This document shows, piece by piece, positions 36,496-45,869 of a DNA stretch of 64,000 bases. Each line of letters opens with the position of its first letter. Position 1 is the first letter of the stretch. Source of the stretch: Lentimicrobiaceae bacterium (GTDB taxonomy: Bacteria; Bacteroidota; Bacteroidia; Bacteroidales; UBA4417). The DNA lies in assembly GCA_041753535.1 (NCBI GenBank), contig JBGSUB010000067.1, positions 138,017 to 202,016 on the forward strand, written 5' to 3'. Below the pieces are notes generated by a model. The model was not told where the DNA came from and did not search any database. It saw only the letters and a program-made list of their open reading frames with translations. Both the position numbers and the translations under genes were made by a program.

Positions 36496-39381
36496 TTATT
36501 CAACCGTTATTTCATCAACGAAAAGCCATGCCTTTTTACCAGCTCCCGGGTGATTATCAGGGCATTTTCCGCGATTAAAAACCAATAATCTTACGAACGA
36601 AGCCTGTGTTTCAGGGAAATTGATGGTAGCTTCACCCTTATTGGCAGCTATGTTCCAATTGTTATTGTCGAAATCATAGATCCCGGCAGAATTGTAAGTG
36701 GTTCCGTCAACTGATGTTTCTACGATAAATGAATGAGGCGCAAATATCCATGAGCTACTGTTTTGAAGGTAACTCAATGTTACTTTCGACACTTTGTACG
36801 TTCCTCCAAGTGAAACGATAGCACTCAGGTTATCGCCTTCATAACCAAGCCAGTTGCCATCATCAGTATTTTCTGAAGCTTTAACAGCATCGGTCAGCGT
36901 TGCTCCGAACCGGGCCTTGTGTTTTTCGGAAGGCTGAGGCGAAATGGTAACTGGTTTTCCAAAAGAGACCGGGATTTGAACTGTGCTGACATCGCCGGCT
37001 GGCTGGTTTTTGTTAATGGCAATGGCTTTTATTAAAGCTGGAAGTTCAGTTTCAAAAGGTTTATCATACTGCTTGCTTCCTGAAAAAGGAACTGATCCGT
37101 CGGTAGTATAACTCAGCGTGAAGTCGCCTCCAAGTGGTTGCAACGTAACCAGAACCTTGTTATTCCCGGAATAAGTCATCGAAATTTTAACCTGAGGCAT
37201 GTTTTCGTTAACATATTCGTTAGCTGCATTGTAAAGGGTAAGTGCATATTTGTTCACATCTCCGGTGGTGGGAGATTTGGTCAAAGAGCCTGGTTTATTG
37301 ATCCAATTGTCTTCCCATACATTAAAATCAATAGTTTCACCTTTTTCGAGTGATTTTGCGTAAGCACTCCACCTGCCCAGGTAATAACCTCTTATCATTC
37401 CGCTCCACACTTTGGATGCGTATTCGTGGAGAACTGGGGTTGAACTGTTTCCCCATTGAGTGAGTTGTCGTTTGGCATTAGCTTCAAAATAATCTGATTC
37501 TTCTTTGTTCAGACCGTATTTTCTTGCGTTATCAATCATACGTTCAAGCCGCTGATCAGGCATTGTCGAAGTTAGTCCGTCCATCATGAGCATAAGTTCA
37601 AAGGCACGTTCAAATGCCCGTTTGCTATCGGAAGTGAGACCCAGTTTGTTCAATTCCATAGCCCTTTTCAGGAGGATATCAACTTTATTACCGGCATACT
37701 GGGTAACTACAAGTGCAAGATCAGTTTTGAATAAAGGACTGGTACCGAATTTATCCGTAGATTTAATAAACAAAGCTGTAGCCCGGTCGAATGCCAGGTC
37801 ATCGTTCACATTCACATTCGAACTGTACAGAGGGCGAGCCTGGTAAAGGTTCAATGCATGTTCGTTGTTCTTCGAATAAACCGATCCAAGTAAGGATAGC
37901 CAGGCTTCGTTGATATCATTATCTGTTTGCCCGTAACGCTGAAGGGTATATTCTTCCCAATAGCTTTTAATATTTACTTCTTTTGAAGTCCAGGCCATTT
38001 GTGTAAGCAATTCATAAACGACTTCGTTATTTTCTATTCCTTCGGGTGATATGCCAAACCCGGCGACATTCCCTTTTTTAGGATTTGCAAGCATTGCCGG
38101 TGCGTCAGAAGCAAGGAAGGGAAGGTTACCCCCTAATTGCGAGTTGCCGCCGTAATTATTTATAGTACTGTATATCCAGGGTTTACCATAAAATCCTTCA
38201 TGTTTCTTCCACCCGGCATAACTTTCGTTGGCAAGGTCGATTATTACCATTTTATCATTCGGCACCTGGCTGAGGAATGCTTTTACAGCACTTTTGTCCC
38301 AGAAATTTTGATTATTATTGAACATCCAGCCCTGCATAACCCATATTCCATCAGGGTCAGCGGCGGTTATAGCTTCGGATACTGATTTACCGTATGTAGC
38401 CAGTTCATCATTTCTGTTTGCTGCTGAAACTGGTACTTCATTTTCATTAAAAAGGTCTGCAAGATAATAATGAAATTCACCATAAGTGCGTTTGTATGCT
38501 TCAATAAAATTTTTCCCGATAGTAGTAAAGTCTGATGTCCCGGGAGCAAGAATGTAGGATTTGTCTTCTTCAGGGAAATTGCACCAGCCTTTCATTTCAC
38601 GAAGCTGTGCTGCGGGATTAATGCGCGAATATGCAGCAGGAACAATCCCGGCGAAACCCGGAATAATGGGGTTCATTCCAAGTTGTTTCATACGGGTTAA
38701 TACCTGTTTCTGCAGTTCAAGTGACTGGTCAATGTACGACTGTGGTAAAGGCCCGCCATGTTTGTAAATATTTCCCATTCGTTGCCAGGGTAAAAAAGCA
38801 GGACCGGTAAAAAATGCTGATAATTCTTCGGCAGTTATGCCCATATCCTTGTACACTTTCTGCCATATGGCTTCCTGTCCGCCCATAGCGAGAGGCATAT
38901 TGATTCCATGCAATGCCATCCAGTCGAGTTCCTTTTCCCAGTCTTCAAAATGCCAGAAGGCAGTGCTGTAACCATAGGTACAAACATTATAATATTGCCT
39001 CATTTTATAAGGAGAAACAGTGCGGGGAATGTTCAGATCGGGCAGGTCTTTTGGTAGATTTATCTGCTGGCTGCTCCATGTATACTGCACATTGCATGCT
39101 TTTCGCATATAATCGTAAGCGCCGCGGGTCATAGCAATGGTGCCTGAACCCTTCACCTGCACTTTGCCGCCGAGTGCTATAACTTCATAAACATCATGCC
39201 CATTCTCGGAAGGTATTTTTTCAAACTGAAAAGAAGAAGCTTTCATGCCAACGGTCCGCATCAGTACCTGCCTGGCGGCCATAATTTCCTTTTCCGAATT
39301 ATCTTTTTCTTTATTCTGAGCTAAACTTATAAATGGTAATGTAGCTAATAGGGTGATTAACAGCAAGTAGGTTTTTTTCAT
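36496..39381 (-). CDS. GH89 alpha-N-acetylglucosaminidase (NAGLU-like) with C-terminal F5/8 type C (CBM32-like) domain
   Basis: 961 aa. Signal peptide ..LPFISLAQ. NAGLU motifs GPAFLPWQRMGN and PWIYSTINNYGGNSQLGGNL. Discoidin-like C-terminus. Confidence 0.85.
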   Translation of the reverse strand: MKKTYLLLITLLATLPFISLAQNKEKDNSEKEIMAARQVLMRTVGMKASSFQFEKIPSENGHDVYEVIALGGKVQVKGSGTIAMTRGAYDYMRKACNVQYTWSSQQINLPKDLPDLNIPRTVSPYKMRQYYNVCTYGYSTAFWHFEDWEKELDWMALHGINMPLAMGGQEAIWQKVYKDMGITAEELSAFFTGPAFLPWQRMGNIYKHGGPLPQSYIDQSLELQKQVLTRMKQLGMNPIIPGFAGIVPAAYSRINPAAQLREMKGWCNFPEEDKSYILAPGTSDFTTIGKNFIEAYKRTYGEFHYYLADLFNENEVPVSAANRNDELATYGKSVSEAITAADPDGIWVMQGWMFNNNQNFWDKSAVKAFLSQVPNDKMVIIDLANESYAGWKKHEGFYGKPWIYSTINNYGGNSQLGGNLPFLASDAPAMLANPKKGNVAGFGISPEGIENNEVVYELLTQMAWTSKEVNIKSYWEEYTLQRYGQTDNDINEAWLSLLGSVYSKNNEHALNLYQARPLYSSNVNVNDDLAFDRATALFIKSTDKFGTSPLFKTDLALVVTQYAGNKVDILLKRAMELNKLGLTSDSKRAFERAFELMLMMDGLTSTMPDQRLERMIDNARKYGLNKEESDYFEANAKRQLTQWGNSSTPVLHEYASKVWSGMIRGYYLGRWSAYAKSLEKGETIDFNVWEDNWINKPGSLTKSPTTGDVNKYALTLYNAANEYVNENMPQVKISMTYSGNNKVLVTLQPLGGDFTLSYTTDGSVPFSGSKQYDKPFETELPALIKAIAINKNQPAGDVSTVQIPVSFGKPVTISPQPSEKHKARFGATLTDAVKASENTDDGNWLGYEGDNLSAIVSLGGTYKVSKVTLSYLQNSSSWIFAPHSFIVETSVDGTTYNSAGIYDFDNNNWNIAANKGEATINFPETQASFVRLLVFNRGKCPDNHPGAGKKAWLFVDEITVE

Positions 39382-39641
39382 TTGGTTTTGATTTTGGGTG
39401 GTAAAGATAGCATTTTGCCTTTAAAAACGGCAATATCCATGCCTTAGTATCAGTTTAAGGTTTTTTAACAATGCGATTGATGGGTTTGAAAGGTTGAGAC
39501 ACTAAACCTTCGACTCGACTCATTCAATAAGGTTTAATAGGTTTGAATAATTTGCATCCAATATAAATTAAATACCACAAAATTCATCCAATCAGAATTT
39601 TATGAATTATGATCAAGATTCGGCTTCTGAATAAATAAGAG

Positions 39642-40808
39642 TTACTTTTTACTTCTCCGTTTCCTTTCCTGTTCGAGCAGGCTTAGCTCGCGGCCTGTTT
39701 GCCCGGCAATGGATGTGTTTTCCTCGGCACGGCGGATAAGGTAAGGTAGTATATTGCGAACGGGACCGTAAGGGATGTATTTGGTAACGTTATATCCTTC
39801 ATCGGCAAGGTTAAAACTTATATGGTCACTCATTCCATACAGCTGCGAAAACCATATACGGCTGTCATTTCGTGCAAGTCCGAGTTTTTGCATAAGTTCG
39901 GTAAGCAGCCGGTTGCTGTTTTCGTTGTGCGAACCATTAAAAACTGAAATCCTGTCGAGATGGGCAACCGAAAAGGCTATACCTTCATCGTAATTCCTGT
40001 CAGTTGCAGCTTTATCGGGTTGAATGGGTGAAGGATAACCCATTTCTGCTGCACGTTTCCGTTCCTTTTCCATATATGCGCCACGAACGAATTTCACACC
40101 CAGGAAATAATCCCCTTCTTCCGCTTTGAGCAGCGATTGTTTCAGGAAATCAAGCCTGTCAATCCGATACATTTGTAGAGTGTTGTAAACGATGGCTTTC
40201 TTTTTGTTGTATGTCTCCATCATTTCGGTAACTACCTGGTCGACAAAAGGCTGATACCATGAGTCTTCGGCATCAATCATGATGGGTATATCATTTTCCC
40301 AAGCAGTTTTGCAAAGTTTTGCAACGCTTTCTTTAAAAAAAAGGACATCCCCAGCCGTTTCGCTGTCAATATCCGAATTCCCTGAAGCAAGGGTAAGCAC
40401 CCGTTGTGAAGCAAAAGCCGTAGGTTTAAATACCGAAAACGGGATATCAGGATGTTTTGCGGCATTTATTACAGAACGTAAGGTTTCGTCAAGTGTACGT
40501 TGCATGGTTTCGCGATCTTTGCCGCCTTCAACCGAGTAATCGAGAATCGATTTTACCTTGTAGGTACTCAGTAATTTTACAGTTTTTTCACATTCTTCAA
40601 GAGTTTCACCCCCAACAAAATGCTTGTAAAGCGTAGGTTTTATGGCCCAGGCAATAGGTAAATGTAATTTTAACGCAAAGTATGTCAGCGATTTACCAAC
40701 TTTCACGAGGCCTGGGTTAGCAATAGTGCTAAAAAGCATGCGTGCCCGCGAAAGATCTAAATTACTTTTGTAGCGGAAAGCGATTTGTGTATTTTCGAAT
40801 GAAAGCAT
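39642..40808 (-). CDS. Proline dehydrogenase
   Basis: Motifs LDYSVEG, IDAEDSW, YNTLQMYR, GVKFVRGAYME, FSQLYGMSD, LPYLIRRAEENTS. The track ORF extends to 40946. I prefer the ATG at 40808 (MLSFENTQIAF..) because the 46-aa extension is low-complexity and basic. Confidence 0.85.
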   Translation of the reverse strand: MLSFENTQIAFRYKSNLDLSRARMLFSTIANPGLVKVGKSLTYFALKLHLPIAWAIKPTLYKHFVGGETLEECEKTVKLLSTYKVKSILDYSVEGGKDRETMQRTLDETLRSVINAAKHPDIPFSVFKPTAFASQRVLTLASGNSDIDSETAGDVLFFKESVAKLCKTAWENDIPIMIDAEDSWYQPFVDQVVTEMMETYNKKKAIVYNTLQMYRIDRLDFLKQSLLKAEEGDYFLGVKFVRGAYMEKERKRAAEMGYPSPIQPDKAATDRNYDEGIAFSVAHLDRISVFNGSHNENSNRLLTELMQKLGLARNDSRIWFSQLYGMSDHISFNLADEGYNVTKYIPYGPVRNILPYLIRRAEENTSIAGQTGRELSLLEQERKRRSKK

Positions 40809-41151
40809 AACAGTTTTATATTTACTAATGCAAATGTATAAAGCTTTTAATACGTCTGAATAGCTGGATTGATTTATGTGAAATATTTTCGGGTTTATTA
40901 CACTAAAACTGTTTTTAATCCGCTTTTTGGGTAACGAAATTCTCAATACACTGCTGTAAATATTGCCTGCTGAAAATCATTTTTCTTTCTAAACAGTAAT
41001 AAATCAGGCTTAATTTATCACTTAACAATTTGAACATGTACCTTTGTCGAATGTTAACAATATAATATCATTAGCTTTGTCGAGGCAAGCAGGAATAAAT
41101 CAGTGTTAACAGTATTATTAAATTGTTATTTAATCTCAATCTCAGAAAGTT

Positions 41152-42246
41152 TTGATCTATCCGAAAAGCATAAGCAAAGAAGATTACCTGCATTCAGGCG
41201 AAAACGGGTGGTTGGTGTTGCAGGAATTACTCCGGGAATACAAGGTTTCAGGCATCTACATATTGGTTGATGAGAATACACGAAAATTATGTTTACCGAT
41301 ATTGATAGAAAAATGTCCGGGGCTTCGTAACGCAACAATCATTGAATTAGAAGGAAGAGAATCAGGTAAAACTATCGAAGGTGCCGAAAAAGTTTGGCGC
41401 AGCCTGGTCGAAGGAAAGGCTGTGCGGAGTTCATTACTTGTTTGCTTTGGAGGTGGTATGATAACCGATATCGGTGGTTTTGCAGCAGCAACATACAAAA
41501 GGGGAATGGATTTTATTCATATTCCAACAACTTTGTTATCAATGGTCGATGCTGCGTTAGGTGGTAAAACCGGTGTAAACCTTGATACAATTAAAAACCA
41601 GATAGGTCTTTTTGCCATGCCCAAGGCTGTTTTTGTATTTGCTGAATTCCTCAGGACACTAACTGCACGACAGCGTCTTTCTGGTTACGCCGAAATGATT
41701 AAACACGCTATGATCGACAGCAAAACCCATTTCGAGAATCTGCTAATACTTAACTCACCCGAAAAAGTCTGTAATGAAAAAAGCTTACTTGATTCAGCGA
41801 AGGTCAAACTGGAAATAGTAGCCAGGGATTTCAACGAAAAAGGAGTACGAAAAGCACTGAATTTCGGGCATACCATCGGGCACGCAATCGAATCGTATTC
41901 ACAAAAAAATGATCCTGATCCGCTTTTACATGGTGAAGCCATTGCTATCGGACTTATTTGTGAAAGTTTTATCTCCATGCGAATGTTTGGGATGGATGAA
42001 AACGACCTAAGAAAAATGGCCAGCCTCGTAAGCTGGCATTTCCCGCATTACCGTTTTAAACCTGGTACTGCAGATGAACTAATTGCAACAATGAGTCACG
42101 ATAAAAAAAACAGTGACAGCTCACAAATTAATTTTTCCCTTATCCGTGCTATCGGGGAGCCTGTTTGGGATCAGTACCCTGGCGAAAAACTTATTCGCGA
42201 GAGCCTTCATTTTTATGTTAACCTGGAAATCGGATTTTTTGTATAA
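41152..42246 (+). CDS. aroB: 3-dehydroquinate synthase
   Basis: 364 aa. Motifs GGGMITDIGGFAAATYKRGMDFIHIPTTLLSMVDAALGGKTGVN, GHTIGHAIE, LHGEAIAIGL. The only in-frame start after the upstream stop (41131) is the TTG at 41152. Confidence 0.9.
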   Translation: MIYPKSISKEDYLHSGENGWLVLQELLREYKVSGIYILVDENTRKLCLPILIEKCPGLRNATIIELEGRESGKTIEGAEKVWRSLVEGKAVRSSLLVCFGGGMITDIGGFAAATYKRGMDFIHIPTTLLSMVDAALGGKTGVNLDTIKNQIGLFAMPKAVFVFAEFLRTLTARQRLSGYAEMIKHAMIDSKTHFENLLILNSPEKVCNEKSLLDSAKVKLEIVARDFNEKGVRKALNFGHTIGHAIESYSQKNDPDPLLHGEAIAIGLICESFISMRMFGMDENDLRKMASLVSWHFPHYRFKPGTADELIATMSHDKKNSDSSQINFSLIRAIGEPVWDQYPGEKLIRESLHFYVNLEIGFFV

Positions 42247-42293
42247 AGCATTCAATGTGGTTTAGTTAAGAAAATTGGATGCTGATATGTTTT

Positions 42294-42414
42294 AAACGCA
42301 AAGAGCGCTGAGAAGAAGCAAAGGGCCGCAGAGCAAGCAGGATTTGTATTTCTTTGCGGTTCCCTGTCTGCCGACAGGCAGGTCTTCAATAAACTTTGCG
42401 GTTCTCTGCGGTTA
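42294..42414. repeat. Imperfect palindrome built from CGCAAAG/CGCAGAG words with a small GC hairpin in the right arm
   Basis: Left arm aCGCAAAGagcgctgagaagaaGCAAAGggcCGCAGAGcaagcagg. Right arm CTTTGCGgt..ctgcc-gaca-ggcag..aaaCTTTGCGgttCTCTGCGgtt. Lies between aroB and aroA. Confidence 0.7.
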
Positions 42415-42518
42415 ATTCTTTTCTTTCCCTTAACTTAACGACTTTGATAAAGCATTTCTTAATCTCTGAATTGTAAAATGCTAAATTTGCAATTCATGTT
42501 ACAAAAACTCCTCTCCGG

Positions 42519-43784
42519 ATGCGTTGTGTCACAAATCATCAAACTACTATTAATTGCCGGGTAACTTTACCTTCAAGTAAAAGTATCCTCAACCGTTTGT
42601 TGGTTATTCTCTATCTTTCGGGCAACCATAGCATGGATAGAATATTCTCTGAAGCTTCAGACGTTTTAACAATGCAAAAACTGTTGCTCGAAATACGGCG
42701 AAACAGAGGCAAAACAAAGATTGATGTTGAAATTAATACAGGAAATGCAGGCACTGTAATGCGTTTTCTAACCTCAGTTCTTTCACTTACGCCCGGAAGA
42801 TGGATGCTGACCGGCGACGAGCGTATGCAAAACCGGCCGATTCTGCCGCTTACCGAAGCATTGCGAAGCCTGGGAGCAGATATTGTTTTCGAAAATATTC
42901 ACGGTTTCCCGCCATTAGCCATCAACGGCCATTCAAATCTAACAGGTGGAACTCTGAGCCCCTATGCCGGAATAAGCAGCCAGTTTATCAGTTCACTGAT
43001 GATGATCGGCCCGCTTTTGAAAGGTGGTCTTATTATTGAATTACAGGGTAGCATCATTTCGGGCTCCTATATTCGCATGACACAGTCACTGATGCAAAAA
43101 GCCGGTGCTGAGGTAAGTTTCGATGGAAACATTATAGTGATAAAGGAAGGTAAATACAATATCCCGGATTTCTCTACCATGACTGAACCTGACTGGAGTG
43201 CAGCGGCATTCTGGTACGAGCTGGTATCACTGGCACCGCAGGCCGATATATTTTTAGAAGGCTTATGCAAAAACAGTATACAGGGAGATTCCGTGTTACC
43301 TGCAATATATGCAAATCTGGGGGTAAGTTCAGTTTTTACAAAAGAGGGTGTGCATCTTACAAAATCAGGTTCGAATTCAGTCACTGAGTTTAATTATGAT
43401 TTCACCGAATGCCCTGATCTTGCTCAACCCGTTATTGTAAGTTGTGCTGCTCTTGGTATTAAAGGTTGTTTTAGCGGGATTAAAACTTTACGGGTAAAAG
43501 AAACCGACCGTATTACAGCGTTGAAAAATGAACTTACAAACCTAGGCTATGGAATTACAGTAATCGGTGATGAGATTTTACTTGATGGGAAAATCCATTC
43601 AGTTCATACTAAAATACTGCAAGGGAAAGTGAATTGTTATGATGATCACCGTATGGCAATGTCGTTTGCTCCCTTAGCTTTAAAGCTTGGGAGTATCTGT
43701 TTTGACGATATTGATGTAGTTAAAAAATCGTATCCCCGGTATTGGAAGGATATAGAGATGGCCGGGTTCTCTCTGAGTGAGTAG
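42519..43784 (+). CDS. aroA: 3-phosphoshikimate 1-carboxyvinyltransferase (EPSP synthase)
   Basis: 421 aa. Motifs LPSSKSILNRLL, GNAGTVMRFL, DERMQNRPI, SSQFISSLMM, RVKETDRI, DDHRMAMSFA. Confidence 0.92.
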   Translation: MRCVTNHQTTINCRVTLPSSKSILNRLLVILYLSGNHSMDRIFSEASDVLTMQKLLLEIRRNRGKTKIDVEINTGNAGTVMRFLTSVLSLTPGRWMLTGDERMQNRPILPLTEALRSLGADIVFENIHGFPPLAINGHSNLTGGTLSPYAGISSQFISSLMMIGPLLKGGLIIELQGSIISGSYIRMTQSLMQKAGAEVSFDGNIIVIKEGKYNIPDFSTMTEPDWSAAAFWYELVSLAPQADIFLEGLCKNSIQGDSVLPAIYANLGVSSVFTKEGVHLTKSGSNSVTEFNYDFTECPDLAQPVIVSCAALGIKGCFSGIKTLRVKETDRITALKNELTNLGYGITVIGDEILLDGKIHSVHTKILQGKVNCYDDHRMAMSFAPLALKLGSICFDDIDVVKKSYPRYWKDIEMAGFSLSE

Positions 43785-43826
43785 GGGGTAAAAAAAGTTA
43801 ACAGGAGGTGAGAGTTGATCAAAGTT

Positions 43827-43875
43827 GTTCAATGTTCAATGTTCAATGTTCAATGTTCAATGTTCAATGTTCAAT
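43827..43875 (+). repeat. Perfect tandem heptanucleotide repeat (GTTCAAT)x7
   Basis: Seven uninterrupted copies counted directly from the sequence. Confidence 0.95.
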
Positions 43876-43899
43876 TCCCAAACAAGCAGACATGCACCC

Positions 43900-43978
43900 T
43901 TGAACTCTTGAACCTTTGAACCTTTGAACCATTGAACTCTTCAAACTCTTCAAACTCTTCAAACCCTTCAAACTCTTC
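43900..43978 (+). repeat. Tandem 8-9 nt words (TTGAACYY x5, TTCAAACYC x4), inverse-complementary to the heptamer array
   Basis: ttgaactc ttgaacct ttgaacct ttgaacca ttgaactc ttcaaactc ttcaaactc ttcaaaccc ttcaaactc. TTGAAC is the reverse complement of GTTCAA. Confidence 0.9.
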
Positions 43979-44064
43979 TATCAACAACCGGTTAATAACT
44001 TCTTCATGCCAAGCAGCTATTTTTTGATATTTTTGCCTTTGAAACAGAAAAACGCCCCTAATTC

Positions 44065-44787
44065 ATGACGGTAGACATATTTATCCCTTGTTTTATTGAC
44101 CAGATTTATCCTGAAACCGGATTTAATATGGTTAAAATTCTTGAAAAACTCGGCGTGGAAGTTCATTATAATAATAAGCAGACCTGTTGCGGTCAGATGG
44201 CCTATAACAGTGGTTTCTGGGAAGAAGCCAAAGCAGTAGGGGCGAAGTTTATCCGTGATTTCCCTAACAACCGTTATATTGTTGGCCCTTCAGCCTCCTG
44301 TGCAGGTTTTGTAAGGAATTATTATGATGAAATGTTTTATAATTCAGCCTTGCATATTGAATACCACCAGTTAAAGAAGAATTTCTACGAGTTTACTGAT
44401 TTCCTGGTTAATGTATTGAATGTTACGGATGTAGGAGCAACTTTTGAACACATAATTACCTACCACGATTCCTGCGCAGCCTTACGCGAATATGGCTTAA
44501 CCAACCAGCCCCGCGAATTACTCAAACATGTTAAGGGCCTTGAAATCCGTGAGATGCAGGAAATAAATACCTGCTGTGGGTTTGGCGGAACTTTTTCGGT
44601 GAAACATGAGCCTATTTCAACAGCGATGGCTGAGCAAAAAGTACTTCATGCCATAGAAACCGGTGCGGAGTACATTGTGAGTACCGATTCGTCGTGCCTC
44701 ATGCACCAGCAAGGCTATATTGATAAGCACAAGTTGCCGATAAGAACAATGCATATAATTGATCTGCTCGCTCAAGGATTAGAGTAA
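44065..44787 (+). CDS. lutA: (Fe-S)-binding CCG-domain oxidoreductase subunit, LutA/YkgE-like
   Basis: 240 aa. Two CCG-type cysteine motifs (QTCCGQ.., PSASC; CCGFGGTF.., DSSCLMH). No lutB or lutC follows on this strand. Confidence 0.8.
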   Translation: MTVDIFIPCFIDQIYPETGFNMVKILEKLGVEVHYNNKQTCCGQMAYNSGFWEEAKAVGAKFIRDFPNNRYIVGPSASCAGFVRNYYDEMFYNSALHIEYHQLKKNFYEFTDFLVNVLNVTDVGATFEHIITYHDSCAALREYGLTNQPRELLKHVKGLEIREMQEINTCCGFGGTFSVKHEPISTAMAEQKVLHAIETGAEYIVSTDSSCLMHQQGYIDKHKLPIRTMHIIDLLAQGLE

Positions 44788-44816
44788 ACTGGGTATAGAT
44801 CACGAAATTTTTGAGG

Positions 44817-45614
44817 CTAGTTATATCGTTTCCCGAAATGAAACCCGAGGTAGCCGGTCAGAAAAAAATAATTAGGGTCATCAAAAGCCATGATTGGAAC
44901 CGGTTTAGGAAATACGTCCACAGTTACTCCTACTTCAATGGCTTTAATCCTGTCATTCTGGTCACTGAATTCAAAATTAAACCCACCTTTTGCATATAAT
45001 CCAGGGTACAATTTTATTTTATTAAACCCACTGAGAATGGGTCCCCTTCCGTATATTTCGCAGAGGCAGTTTGTGTTAACTCCGATGTATGGGAAATGGT
45101 TGTCCGGGTCATAGCGTTCAAGTGAATTTCGTTCGAGTATAAACTGGTTGTCAACAACCTTATAATAAGCTATATACAGATATGTTGGTTTGGCAATTCC
45201 TACGTCAAGTCCTCCGTAGTAAAATCCACGCACTTCGACACCACCCCAGTAGGGTTTCCTGTTTATGAGGACTTGTCTTCCAATTCCGGCACGAAGAATA
45301 AACAGGCTATTCAATTTTCCGTAAACATAGCTCCGGGGGTTGGCATACCTCTCGTTATAGCGCCTCGTCTGTTCAGGAGCTTTCATCTCGAGAAGGTCGA
45401 ATTCGAACATGCGGTTCTTATAGTAGGTTTTGTTTACGCCAAAACGGTATCCAAAACCGTAACCCAAGGTATGTAACATGACATTACCCGATTTTTCTTT
45501 GCGCAACAAAAAACCCATATCAACGGTATCAGCTTCCATACCATCCTGGGCAAGTAAAGTTGCAGGAAAAGCAATGGTAAGTATTACGATGAAAAAAATA
45601 GGGAAAAACCGCAT
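44817..45614 (-). CDS. Putative outer-membrane beta-barrel protein, unknown function
   Basis: The track ORF runs to 45749. A signal peptide (MRFFPIFFIVILTIAFPATLLAQ) starts at the ATG at 45614. Alternating aromatic/Gly beta-strand pattern, C-terminal ..GYLGFHFGKRYN. Confidence 0.65.
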   Translation of the reverse strand: MRFFPIFFIVILTIAFPATLLAQDGMEADTVDMGFLLRKEKSGNVMLHTLGYGFGYRFGVNKTYYKNRMFEFDLLEMKAPEQTRRYNERYANPRSYVYGKLNSLFILRAGIGRQVLINRKPYWGGVEVRGFYYGGLDVGIAKPTYLYIAYYKVVDNQFILERNSLERYDPDNHFPYIGVNTNCLCEIYGRGPILSGFNKIKLYPGLYAKGGFNFEFSDQNDRIKAIEVGVTVDVFPKPVPIMAFDDPNYFFLTGYLGFHFGKRYN

Positions 45615-45700
45615 GAGCTGTGTTTTTAGTAAATTAACAACTAAGCTACGGTTTGGTTGCATTGAACAGGATGAACTTATAATGCCTGAAACCGGAATTG

Positions 45701-45826
45701 TTATCTGCTTTCGACGCGGTAGCGCTTGTGTTCGCCATAAGCGGCACATTGATCAGTTGAGCCACAGGATTGAAGCAGAATGGAGAGAATGACGATAGTC
45801 GCAAGGAAAGCTGCTATTTTCTTCAT
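45701..45826 (-). CDS. Small lipoprotein (41 aa), below the ORF-track length cutoff
   Basis: My translation is MKKIAAFLATIVILSILLQSCGSTDQCAAYGEHKRYRVESR*. Classic lipobox LLQSC. It is 86 nt upstream of and co-directional with the OM-barrel gene. A TACTTTTG -7 box sits ~45 nt upstream. Confidence 0.5.
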   Translation of the reverse strand: MKKIAAFLATIVILSILLQSCGSTDQCAAYGEHKRYRVESR

Positions 45827-45869
45827 ATGTTGTAGGAAGTAATTACTTTATACTTATCAGTTTGATTCA

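Noticed and set aside
40809-40946. Long N-terminal extensions offered by the ORF track. Examples are proline dehydrogenase to 40946, the OM barrel to 45749, the Na/Pi transporter to 57447, the T9SS protein to 61619, thioesterase TTG 6036 and PiT TTG 55606.
   Set aside because: In each case an internal ATG begins exactly at a signal peptide, a first TM helix or the conserved domain, and the extension is basic or low-complexity. Coordinates were trimmed accordingly, but the starts remain unverified.
43803-43910. An AGGAGGTG Shine-Dalgarno-like sequence followed by a TTG/ATG-initiated ~30-codon ORF that reads through the heptamer array (..QCSMFNVQCSMFNV..).
   Set aside because: The peptide is just a translation of the microsatellite. 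Bacteroidota translation generally does not rely on SD pairing. The frame would change with any repeat-number change.
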